DNA from: Lepidodermella squamata
Taxonomy: Eukaryota; Animalia; Gastrotricha
NCBI GenBank assembly: GCA_047495785.1
Contig: JBLDXI010000021.1
Span: forward strand, 1,116,001-1,180,000
Direction of reading: 5' to 3'
Length of the DNA: 64,000 nt
Shown here: one piece after another, positions 50,026 to 61,141 of the stretch
Numbering within the stretch: the first letter of the stretch is position 1
Layout of the letters: every line of letters starts with the position of its first letter
Program-made: the position numbers and the translations under genes
The notes under the pieces: generated by a model
Databases searched by the model: none
Told to the model about the DNA's origin: nothing
Seen by the model: the letters and a program-made list of their open reading frames with translations, nothing else

Positions 50026-50132
50026 TTTGAAGTTACTTCGTGTGGACTTGATAAATACCACCGCCATAATTCGTGAAAATTCATTATCGGCATTTTCTTT
50101 TTATCAACTTGATATTCATATTGTCATTTTAA

Positions 50133-50501
50133 ATGGCTAGACTCCTGCTCCCTGCATTGGCTGTTTTCATGGCGATCAATTCAGCCATCGAGGCGCAAAG
50201 TCCTAGTAAGTTTCCTAGTGTCGGCTGATGCTTTAAATGCGGCTTTTTATGCCATTTACTTTCAGCTATTGCTGGCTACCAATATAATGCAAAAACCTGT
50301 AGCTCGACGACCAATTTTAATGTTATTGGTTTTTCACCGTCGACTCCGCGTCCAACCGTTCAGGCGTGCGCTGACTCTTGTACCAAGAATGCAAATTGTC
50401 GAGCTTTCCAGTACTATTCTACCAATCTCTGTAAAATATTCACTTCCTGCGTCAACAAGTACGACGCCCCTGCTGGTGATCTTAATTACTTGAGGATCTA
50501 G
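50133..50501 (+). CDS. Small secreted PAN/apple-domain protein, 2 exons
   Basis: Signal MARLLLPALAVFMAINSAIEA; intron 50206-50265; CADSCTKNANCRAFQYYSTNLC PAN pattern; not in the ORF track. Confidence 0.8.
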
Positions 50502-50805
50502 CGTGCCGCAGGGCAGTTTTCGTGCTGAGAGAATGAAATTCGGATGCATAAGTAGCTATTACGCTTTTGCTTGAAGATTTGCAGCATGTGGAGCGCAGAG
50601 CCATCTCATCGCTTGATTCTTCTTAGTTGCTTTGGAGTGGGAAATAAAGGAAATAAAGGCTGATAAGTAATACCTGGGAGGTTTTGAAAACAGCATGGGT
50701 GATGTCGTCGGTAGCATTGACATGGAATCACCCCGTGGCAACCCCGAGTGGATTTTTCCAGCTGGGGGGCCGGTGCCCCCCTGGCCCCCCCTAGTTACGC
50801 CCCTG

Positions 50806-52396
50806 CGTGGCGTGGGGTAACTGTGTGGCCGTAAAAGTCGCATTCCGGTCGATATCACATCGAGAAAAACCTTTTTCACAAAAAATTTTTCATAGGAATA
50901 TTCCTTGCCACCTGAGCTACAACTCTCTAAAATCGTTTTTTAACTGACATGGAAGGTCAGTACCAACGCGTTCATTTTAGGCGCTGAGATTTTGAGCATT
51001 TATAACAGGGAATTCTGGGATCGGAGGAAGACGCCAATTTCACAGAAAGGTTCCTCTCGGTGATATCTTTCAAATGACACCTTGAACTCAGAAAACTGAT
51101 GTCTCAACCGCGATCGGTAATTACCCGAATTTAGTGCGGTAGAGGACCCCGCCCTAATTTCGGCCGCTTTTCAGGTTTTTCCTACTTTGCCAGCGAGGTG
51201 ATTTTTTAGAAAATATTCGGCAAAAGCAAAATTAAAGAGGCGTTCTTAGGCTATCGAATGCCGCTTTCCGCAAGTCCGGACGATTTTACCTTGATTTATG
51301 GCTAATTTTTTAGTCACCCAGACACCCGGCCGGAATTAGGAAGCGGGGTGCCCTAATTTCGGCCACCTTATCCAGGTACACTAATACCATAAGTTTGGTA
51401 TCGTTAGATTCGTCTCAAAAAGCTGACTATAAAAACCGCCTTTGTTGCTTCACCTGTGAGCTTATCCTTGACGACGTGATGCCTGAAACTCAAACTAGTT
51501 TTGACAGGTACAAGTTTGATAACTTGTTTTCTATCTAATAGCCTAACTGCGGTTGACTTTCTAAAATTCTGGAAAAATATATCTAAAAAATCGCTTGCCT
51601 CCTGTAGAATGAAAGTATCGATTTTGTTTTCCCGAATTCAATTCCACTATTGACTGCTAATTTTTGGAATCGAACCCTCGAAAACCCTAAAATTGGCCCT
51701 CTCGATCTCTTCACCTGGGCGGTTTTAGATAGAATATTTTATACCAAAATGAAGCTGGCATTTAGCTGGTAATTATTGATGTGAAAGCAGTAAATTTTAA
51801 AGAGCCAGTTTCATGTAAATTATACCTGCAAAGTAGCGGTAACAGAGCACTCGAGAAGCGACATAAGCCCGCTCGCTCGCATTTAGAATTATTTTTTTGC
51901 GATCACGTGCTTGAAAAATCATGAAACAGATGGGTTCAACAATGCAAATTTCTTGAATTGCGTGCAAATAAAACTGCTGCACAGCACTTTGAGTCCAAAT
52001 TTCGGCCGGTGGCCGAAGTTAGGGCGCAGCGGCCGAATTTAGGAAGCGGCCGAAATTAGGGCGGGGTCCTCTAACTTGGCCGATTTTTAACGTGCGAAAT
52101 GCGCACTAAAATGTGGCCTAGACATGGGAGGGCGTGATGAATCATCACCCTAGTTTCTGCCAGATGGTTTATCGCCAAGTGAAATAGCCATGCGGCCAAG
52201 TTACCCCACTTGGTCAAGATCACTTCAACCTCCACAGAATCGAATGATTTTATCGGTCGTCGACCGGGTTTTGACCAACCGATTGAGAATTGAGCGGAGA
52301 TTTTTTTGGTATAAAATTTAAAGCGAAACAAGTTACCGGAGACGTAAGAGGTTCAATAGACCATAATATTTCCGGCCAAGTTACCCCACACCACGG
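50806..52396. mobile_element. Outer pogo-like MITE (terminal repeat CCGTGG.GTGGGGTAACT..GGCCG), left end clipped
   Basis: Left CGTGGCGTGGGGTAACT; right CGGCCAAGTTACCCCACACCACGG|TA; an internal copy of the motif at about 52192. Confidence 0.7.
51142..52071. mobile_element. Inner non-autonomous DNA transposon with TA target-site duplication
   Basis: Perfect 28-bp terminal inverted repeat GAGGACCCCGCCCTAATTTCGGCCGCTT with TA on both sides. Confidence 0.92.
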
Positions 52397-52566
52397 TATG
52401 GATCGAAAAGCCGATGGCTAAGGTTTATCCGTGATTAATACCAAGAAAGACCAAACCGTAGAAAAATGGGCACCCTTAAATGTGGAAATGAATATGTTTT
52501 CTGTGTTTCACTCCTCGCGAATGATGGACGAGAAAGTTTCGGGTTTTGAGGAATGCGAAGGGAAGG

Positions 52567-52791
52567 CGGGCTACAAATTTAGTCCCAACAGCCGATAAAA
52601 TCCTAATTTTGTTATAGCAGAATTCAAATTATGTGATATCACGGGCGTTGACAGCAATACAGTCATGCTTCGCACCCTGGTGGACTGGTTCGCCTTCACG
52701 CAAATGGATTGTAGGCAGCAAAAGCGGCTTCGTCAAAACTACCGGTCTACCTACGTGTGTTCCAACCCGTTTGTTTGCGCAAGTTGCTTAT
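52567..52791 (+). pseudogene. Decayed fragment of the fucosyltransferase-fold gene
   Basis: GGGCGTTGACAGCAATACAGTCATGCTTCGCACC..GTAGGCAGCAAAAGCGGCTTCGTCAAAACT matches about 46237-46380 with a frameshifting deletion. Confidence 0.85.
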
Positions 52792-53337
52792 TCGATGTTT
52801 ACTTGTCGACATGTCGTTAGCGTCGTTGAATAACTCGGATTTAGGCTTGTTTACATCCATTTCAAGGTGATAGGTGACAAGACACCGAACTACGCCGAAA
52901 AACACTTTTTTGTATGAAATAAGACCAGCTTACGGTAATTTTCAACATTTTACACAATATTGCTTATTCATTTTCCTGTAATTCATTCAATTTATAACCG
53001 TGATCGTAAAATAAAAAATTTAATTGTCTTCTGACGTGATGAAATAAAGCTTTATCAATTTGTTTGGCAATCCGGAACTGCAATAATTTTTGCACTTATC
53101 GCCGCACACCCTGTTGGAGCATCGTGAGAATTAGATAGCATTAATTGTGTGTCCAAACTGCTCTCTTTTATATTATTTCTTGACTGATATTTTGAAACAG
53201 CTTGTCCTCTATTCCTATTACGCGAATACGCCTTCATGAGTAAACAGGAAAAATATTAGATAAAAGTGGGCTTTACCGCCACAGCAGCTGTATAGTTGAT
53301 GGATGTAAAGCAGTGTTGCTGATAGCTGTCTACAAAA

Positions 53338-55843
53338 ATGAAACAATTAATCCTAGGTTTAAGCCTAGCTATTGCACTGGTGAGTATATGGCTATTTCAC
53401 CCCAGAACAGCAAAGTATTTTTTTATTTAAAAAATTCAAGGGTGTGCTCGAAGCTGCCCAGACGCCGAAATGTCCCGATGGCCAAACGGTAGTGACTGAT
53501 TTGGCACAAATTCAGCAGCTCGTTACCGCTTGGAACGACAGCGTAACGAATCAGCAAATTATTGCTATCACTGCTGAATGGAACTGGGCGAGCAATTTGA
53601 CGGATTACAATCTTGATATTAAGGTAGATTTTTTTAATCAAAGTTCGAATAATCTTTTATTCCTATTTCGATTTCAGTCGCAAAAGAATGCCGAACTAGC
53701 TGTGCTGTTGAAGAAGGTTTGGAATGAAGCAATTTGCGTTGATTGCTCGAAGGCGCCATGCCCAGCTGATATTGCTCGTTCGGTTAGGTCGTACCAAAGT
53801 ATCGACTTGTCGGCCCTTCCTGACGATATCTACAGCGAGGTTCATTTTTAAATATTTGTTCGCGATTTCCAACATTTTCTGTAATTTTTCTCAGTACACC
53901 TACGTCCAAGCGACGATGGAAGACATTTACGGCAAGGCCAAGGTCTGCCGAAAAACCGCATCAGGCTCTGAGGAGTGTTTGCCTCTAGAACCAGGTACTT
54001 ATTTTCCGAACATTTTGTGAAATATTACATAATTTATTTTGGCTAAGACCTTACCAACATCATTTCGAACTCGCGCGATTATTGCGAACTTCAATGGGCC
54101 TGGCATGGCTGGCGAAATGAGAGTGGCAAGAAAATGCGAGGCTACTTCACATCTTACGCTCATTTGCAAAACGAAGCGGCTCGAGCGAATGGTGATTTTT
54201 TCAAATTGTTTGGAAATTTTCGTGCATTCAATCAAACTAGGGTTCGACAATGCTAAGGAAATGTGGACCAAGTCCTACTGGACTGATGAGCCTGATTTTT
54301 TCAACCAGGTCGAAGAGGCGTGGCAGGCAGTTCGCCCGCTCTATCAGCAGCTGCACGCCTTTGTTCGCAGCAAACTTCGCGCTTATTACAGCAAATTCCC
54401 GTTCCCAAAGAGCGGCCACATTCCCGCTCATATTCTCGGCAACATGTGGGCTCAGGATTGGGGAGCTATTTCCAGCCTAGTCACACCCCACCCGAACGCT
54501 CCTTCGATTGATATCACTGCTCTTTTGCGTGATAAGGGCATCAAGGAACTCGACTTGTACAAGATGTCCGACGACTTCTTCCAGTCTATCGGCCTCGACC
54601 CGATGACTGCCGATTTCTGGAAAAATTCAATCCTACTCAAGCCGCAAGATCGTGAAATGGTATATTGAAACATTGAGAAAAATTCAACTTTAATCTTGAA
54701 ATTTTCACTACAGATTTGCCATGCGTCTGCTTGGGACTTTTACCAGCAAACCGATTTCCGCATCAAGCAGTGCACTGAGGTCACCCAGGCCCAATTTCAG
54801 ACTGTTCACCACGAAATGGGCCACATTCAGTACTTCATGCAGTACAAAAATCAACGAATTGAATTCCGAAATGGCGCCAACCCCGGTTTCCATGAAGCTA
54901 TGGGTGACCTTATTGCGTTGTCAGTCATGACACCCGACCACCTTAAAACAATTGGCCTATTGCCAGCAGACTTTAAAGTCAGCGATGGTAAGAAAAAAAA
55001 TGCCCCACTTGATCAAATTTATGGCAATTATTTATCCAGAGACATATTTGAATTCGATGATGACTATGGCTCTGAAGAAAATCGTTTTCCTACCATTCGG
55101 TTACTTACTCGACCGATATCGGTGGGGAGTTTTCGAGAAAACGACGTCATTCAACAACCTGAATGCTGATTGGTGGAAGATTAGGTGCTCGATGCAGGGC
55201 CTGTCGTCGCCAGTTACTAGGTCAGAGGACGATTTCGACCCAGGAGCCAAGTACCACGTGCCGGCCTCAGTGCCTTACATTCGCTACTTCTTCTCCCACA
55301 TCGCGCAATTTCAATTCCACATTGCGATTTGCAAAGAAATGGGATTCACTGATAATTGGGACAGATGCGACATTTACAACGTAAAAAATGAATTTTTCCG
55401 TATCATGCGCCCTAATTTTCAATTTTTTCAGAATAAACAAGCCACGGAGAAACTTCGCAAGGCTATGGAGTACGGCCAGTCTGTGCCTTACCCAGATGTC
55501 CTCGAAGAGTTGACTGGAAGCCGCAAAATGGACGCTTCTGCTCTCCTGGCTTACTTCAAGCCTCTCCAGGAATTTCTGGAAAAAGCCAATGCTGGTTCGT
55601 TTTTTCCCGAAATTTTAAGGAGGATTATAATAATTCCGGTTTTTGAGTATAGCCAGCGGTGAATCAGTAGGCTGGAACGATGTTTGCAGCGACGCGCCAG
55701 CAAATACCTGCAGCTACGACCCACCGGCCCCTCCTACCGAGGCCCCTCCTACTGCAGCGCCTACAGCAGCGCCAACAACATCGGGTGCTCTCAAGATCAC
55801 CGGCCTTGTTTGGCTTGTGGCTTTCGCCTTGATTTTCGCGTAA
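53338..55843 (+). CDS. ACE: ACE-like peptidase (M2), canonical active site, Pro/Thr stalk and GPI-like tail; copy 4
   Basis: [52 protein letters not shown]; tail [27 protein letters not shown]. Confidence 0.94.
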
Positions 55844-56922
55844 AAACCCTACTCAATTATTACGAACAATTGCTAGATTGATTTCCAGTGTTGAACTGCT
55901 ATATGATATAAATTCTTATTCGGCAAGTATGAAAATACGCGGCTTAGCATATGGATAATAAAAACAAACCGATGTTTCACTGGGGAATGAACATTTGTTG
56001 CCGCAATAAACATGACAGGTGCGCCGATAAAAAATCGCTTTGCGATAGGCTCCATATTACTATACTATAAATCGTCTTCCATTAACGATCTTTATGATCA
56101 TAGTGCAAACAGCTTCCTTTCATTTCTCATTACAAAAAAACGCAACAACCTAACAATTTTGCCAATATTGTTGAAAATCTCCAAAAAAATGTCAGACCTC
56201 AAGGACGATTTACAATCTCTTAAGAGAAATTTACTGCCTTCATGGTTTCGTGCCAGCTCTCGCTTAGTTATAATATACTTTTCTCGTGGTACTGCGATGT
56301 CTCTTGTTATGCAGCGATGGCTGCAATTGATATACGTAACTTCTGGATGGCGTCATCATCGCAGCTTCTCAGGAAGTAGTCGGCGCTCGGCACAAAAACT
56401 CGCCGCCTCGTTAAAGGCACACTGCAACGTAGTAATATATTACGAAAAATACCCTGTCATGCGCACACAGGTTGACTCCGTTAAGCGTTCTGTTTATCTG
56501 CGACTGAAGACTCGCGTACAAGTACTGCACCTCATCAGCAGGCTGTAGCGTAGATGGCGTAAATGTGAGAGGCGAGAGATGTGATGGGCCACGTTTTTAC
56601 GGGAAGTTTATTCATGCGCTCACTCTCTCACTCAACCACAATTGCGGACAAATAATAACACAACGCTGAGTCTCTTGAAATTTTAACCACAACGACGCGG
56701 TTCACTGGCATCAAATCAAATAATACTCTCCTTAATTTTATTCTGTTTATTATTTTTAATGAGGTATCAGCAAATGCAAAATTCTTGAGCCACTTTTATA
56801 TTACCTTTGAAAAAATCCGAGAATAAAAATTCACAATTCCTTAGGTTATTACGTAACGATCGTTTTCTTTCGCCTTATATACGATTATTATTACGAGTAA
56901 TTTTTCTCTTGATTTAGGTCGA

Positions 56923-57084
56923 TTCTCATTGAGAAAATTTTCTAAATGCAATAGAGCATATATAGGCGGGTCACATTTTGGGTTTTCCTACTTTTAGCCA
57001 GTCAGTTGAATTTTTATAAAATATTCGGCAAATGAGAATTATAGAGGAGCTCTCGGGCTATCGAATGCCGGTTTCTGCAAGTCC
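56923..57084 (+). mobile_element. Fragment of the 51142-52071 transposon family
   Basis: TTTTCCTACTTT..AAAATATTCGGCAAA..GGCTATCGAATGCCG.TTTC.GCAAGTCC is shared with about 51177-51277 and 63700-63858. Confidence 0.8.
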
Positions 57085-57142
57085 ATTATTCCTATTTAAT
57101 AAAGCTCGTTACCTATTCATTGTAGGTGGTTGAGGCAATAAA

Positions 57143-60100
57143 ATGCGGATTTTTCTCGCAACAGTTTTATCTTTAATTGCAATAATAACGCAGGTAATAA
57201 CGAAATCTGCCCTAGAATTGATTGAGACTGATTTTTCCCTTTTTTCAAGGTCGAATGCGTGACAAAATGCACAGGTAAACTTGTCACAGACGTGGCGGCA
57301 ATTAGAGCCAACATGACTAAATGGAACGAAACTTTCACCGCTGTTATGAATAATGTCACCGAAGCCGAATGGAAGTGGGCTTCGAACATCTCAATAGAAG
57401 CTGAAAATGTCAAGGTGAGTTATTGAAGAAATTCGCCGTTTCGGGAATTTAAAACAATTTTACAGGTGACTGAAAATGCGAAACTGGCACAACTCAGCAA
57501 AGAACTGTGGCAAACAGCTGCCTGCTATGACTGCAAAACTGCTGGCTGTACACCGGATGAAGTACGCCGGTTGTCCTATTATGAAAGTATAGGAACGGCC
57601 GCTTTGCCCGCTCAGCAGTTCAAAGATGTATAATATTTTCCCGAAAATTGCCGAATTTTGCAGGCTTTTAATCTCTCTCCCATTTAACAGTATTCCTACA
57701 TCCAAACTGCGATGGAAAATGTCTACGCTACCGCTAAGGTTTGCCCCTCAAAATCCGGGAAATCAGAATGTCTTCAATTGGATCCTGGTACAACATTTTA
57801 TTCCGAAATTAATCGATTCAAATAGAAAATATTTCAGACCTTTCTAACATAATGAGTGAATCTCGCGATTACTGTACTCTTCAATGGGCTTGGGAGGGCT
57901 GGCGTAACGAAACAGGTCGAAAGATGCGAGGCTTCTTCACATCCTACGTCATTGTTAGCAACGAGGCAGCTAAAATGAATGGTGAGTACTTACCGTATTT
58001 TTTTTCAAATTTCAAATTTTTCAGTGAACTGTGATTTCTATGACCGTTGAAAGTGAAAAGTAGGATCTTGCTAATTTTTTTGTATTTTCCATATCACTTG
58101 AAGACTATTTTTGGATTTCAAGATTTTCTGACTCAGTTTTTGTCGAGGATTTTAAATTTTCAAATTTCAGACCTTTATGAGGCCCGAGTGTGTTCAATTC
58201 AGGCTGTTCTAGAGACACTAGCTTGATCCGAACAACATTTTTAAATATTTAGCTAGACTCCTCACCTCAGATTATCGTAAGCAATTTTGACAGCGCATAA
58301 GAAAATAGCGCCTATAAGATTTGCGTTTTTTGCATCAATTAATATTCCCCCACGCAGTAAATTCTTATGCACTTTTTTGACATAAATATTTTTCGCTTGT
58401 TAACTTTGAAGCCAAAATTCTCAGCAACCGTGATGACAATCAACCTATTTTTTTATATCGTTCGACTTGGCGTTAACTGATCTTGAATGTGTCAAAATCT
58501 CACGATATCAAAATAACTTTTTCCAAAGCCCACTTTTCACTTGTTAGCGGCTCTATTTAACCCTTTAATTATTTATCCGCGGGAGAAAACATATTTGACC
58601 GCAGTTCTAGGGGTTCACGATTTTGAAATCCGTTTGTCTTTACTTATCACCGTTAAGGCTGTACTGTGTAAGAAATCGTCCTATCCGCCCAGCTGATTTC
58701 AGACGATTTTTCGAACACCCTGATTTCTGTGTCTGCTGCCTTCAGCTTTGGAATTTCAGATTACAAATTATTCCCATGAATGTCCCTAAGATTCTCCCTC
58801 ACTTATATCACCGACAAAATTCAGTTTAAAAAAGTTTTAGAGGCTCAGCATTCAGATCTGAATTCAGCTTTTCAAGTTATTCCTTGCGACAGTTTTTGCA
58901 GCACAAAAATCACGCACTCCGCCTGTATAGGTCTGGGCGGATAGGACGAATTCGGCCAGTTTGATTGAATTTCAATAGTGTCTTCATTTTTAATTTCCAA
59001 CTCGAAACAATTTACACAGAGGTAAATGAGACTATGACGGAAACGGTGGTATTTTTTGTTTGATCAAAAATGATCAGAACCCTATGAAATTTCAAGTTTA
59101 AAAAAAATCGAAATTTCAATCTCAGGTTGACTATTTTCAAATTGCTAGTACGTCCTGACCATGCAGGATAACGGTGCCCTGGTCTCAAAACCTTGTAGCC
59201 AACATCGAAAAGTAATATTCCTCAAAAACGCGATCAAAAATTCATCGAATTCAATTTTCTTGCGAAATTGCGAAATCGTCCTTCCCGCCGTGAAAGGGTT
59301 AAATTGCAAAAATTTCCGTCTGGAATCCACAATCCACAAGCCACACTCATCGAAAGTTTCTAACCTCAATTTCAAAAATGAATCTTTCAATTTATTCGAC
59401 CCTATTAAATTGATTTTATCTATAGGATTTGCTGATGCTAAGGAAATGTGGACAAAGCCGTACACTCGCGATGAGCCGACATTTTTCGAGCAAATGGAGC
59501 AGGCCTGGCGAGACGTGAAGCCACTCTACCAGGAACTTCACGCTTACACAAGACGAAAGTTACTATCGACGATTTACAAAGATTACGCGAAACACTTCCC
59601 CAGCAGCCGTCACATTCCGGCTCACCTGCTCGGAAATATGTGGGCGCAGGAGTGGACGGGACTTTACGACATCCTTGTACCTTACTCGGACGCAGCGGCT
59701 ATCGACATTTCAATCCTTCTGAAGCAAAACGTTCGTAAAATTCCCTGTTGATCTGGAATTTATTTATTTCCCATATTTTAGAAATCCGGCGTAATGGATT
59801 TGTTCCAAGAATCGGACCGATTTTTCCAATCGATAGGAATGGAGCCGATGACCACTGATTTTTGGAAAAAATCTATTTTCACGCGACCAACTGATAACAC
59901 GCAAATGGTCTGCCACGCTTCGGCCTGGGATTTTTTCCGGAAAACAGATTTCCGCATCAAAATGTGTACCCAAGTCAACCAGGAAGATTTTCAAACGGTT
60001 CATCACGAAATGGGTCACATCCAGTACTTCATGCAATACAAAGACCAGCCTATGGAATTTCGTGATGGCGCTAATTCTGGTTTCCATGAGGCGATCGGTG

Positions 60101-60912
60101 ACCTTATTGCGCTATCTGTCATGACCCCGAAGCACTTGAAGGCTATCGGCCTTTTGCCGTCAACATTCGTCGAGGATGAGCGTAATTTTCTTGAAATATC
60201 TGTAGTTTTCCTTGATTTTTCTGTTTTTGTAGATACCAATCTAAACGCTTTGATGATGACCGCACTTCAAAAGGTTGCGTTTCTACCGTTCGGATATTTG
60301 ATGGATAAATATCGATGGGCGATTTTCGAGCGGAAAGTCGGTTTCGCCGATTTGAATGCTGAATGGTGGAAGCTGCGGTGTCAAATGCAGGGCATTTCGC
60401 CGCCGGTAATGCGAACTGAGGAGGATTTCGACGCCGGCGCCAAGTACCACATTCCGGCCTCGGTACCCTACGACCGTTACTTTTTCTCGCACATCCTCCA
60501 GTTCCAAGCTCACCGGGCCATTTGCCAACGGATGAATATTACAAAAGATTTTCACAAGTGCGATATTTTCGGGCAGAAGGAGGCCACCTCGGCGCTGCGC
60601 CGTGCCCTAGCGCTGGGCTCGTCCCGGCCGTACCCGGAAGTGATGGAAATTCTGACCGGAAGCCGGACACTCGACTCAACAGCCTTGGTTGACTATTTCG
60701 CGCCACTCTACCGGTGGCTGAAAGAGCAAAATAAAAACGAAGAAAAAACTTCTTGGGATGAAAGCTGTCCGAGCAGCACACCGACATCGCCCTGCGGTGA
60801 TTATCAAGCCATTAAGCTTCAACAATCGAATAACGCGGTTATAACTGGGCAAAAATGGTCTGAAGTCTTATACTCTCTCGCTTTATTTATCATTATGACC
60901 GTAAGGCATTAA
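57143..60912 (+). CDS. ACE: ACE-like peptidase (M2) with a GPI-like hydrophobic tail; copy 5
   Basis: MRIFLATVLSLIAIITQ signal, LGNMWAQ, HHEMGH, EAIGD, FDAGAKYHIPASVPYDRYF; tail SNNAV..VLYSLALFIIMTVRH*; one intron of about 1.4 kb. Confidence 0.93.
58561..59298. mobile_element. piggyBac-like non-autonomous element in an ACE5 intron
   Basis: TTAA|CCCTTT...AAAGGG|TTAA; internal inverted repeat TCGTCCTATCCGCCCAG (about 58676) / CTGGGCGGATAGGACGA (about 58933). Confidence 0.7.
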
Positions 60913-61141
60913 AATATTATTTTAACGCAATGGTGCTCTCGACTATTGAAAATAAAAACAAGAAATGAGGTAGTTAACTTGATTTATTCGAGTTACAGAT
61001 TTCCAGATTTACATCAATTAAAAAAATGGGACAACAGAAGTAGGACATAAAATTGGCCAAAAAGAACGAATTCAATTATATATGCGGCATTATTAGTATC
61101 GTAAATATCGAAATCGCGGCGAGAGATAATATAAAACTACG

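Noticed and set aside
56012-56548. 178-aa ORF between ACE4 and ACE5
   Set aside because: No motifs or consistent splice structure; possibly decayed sequence.
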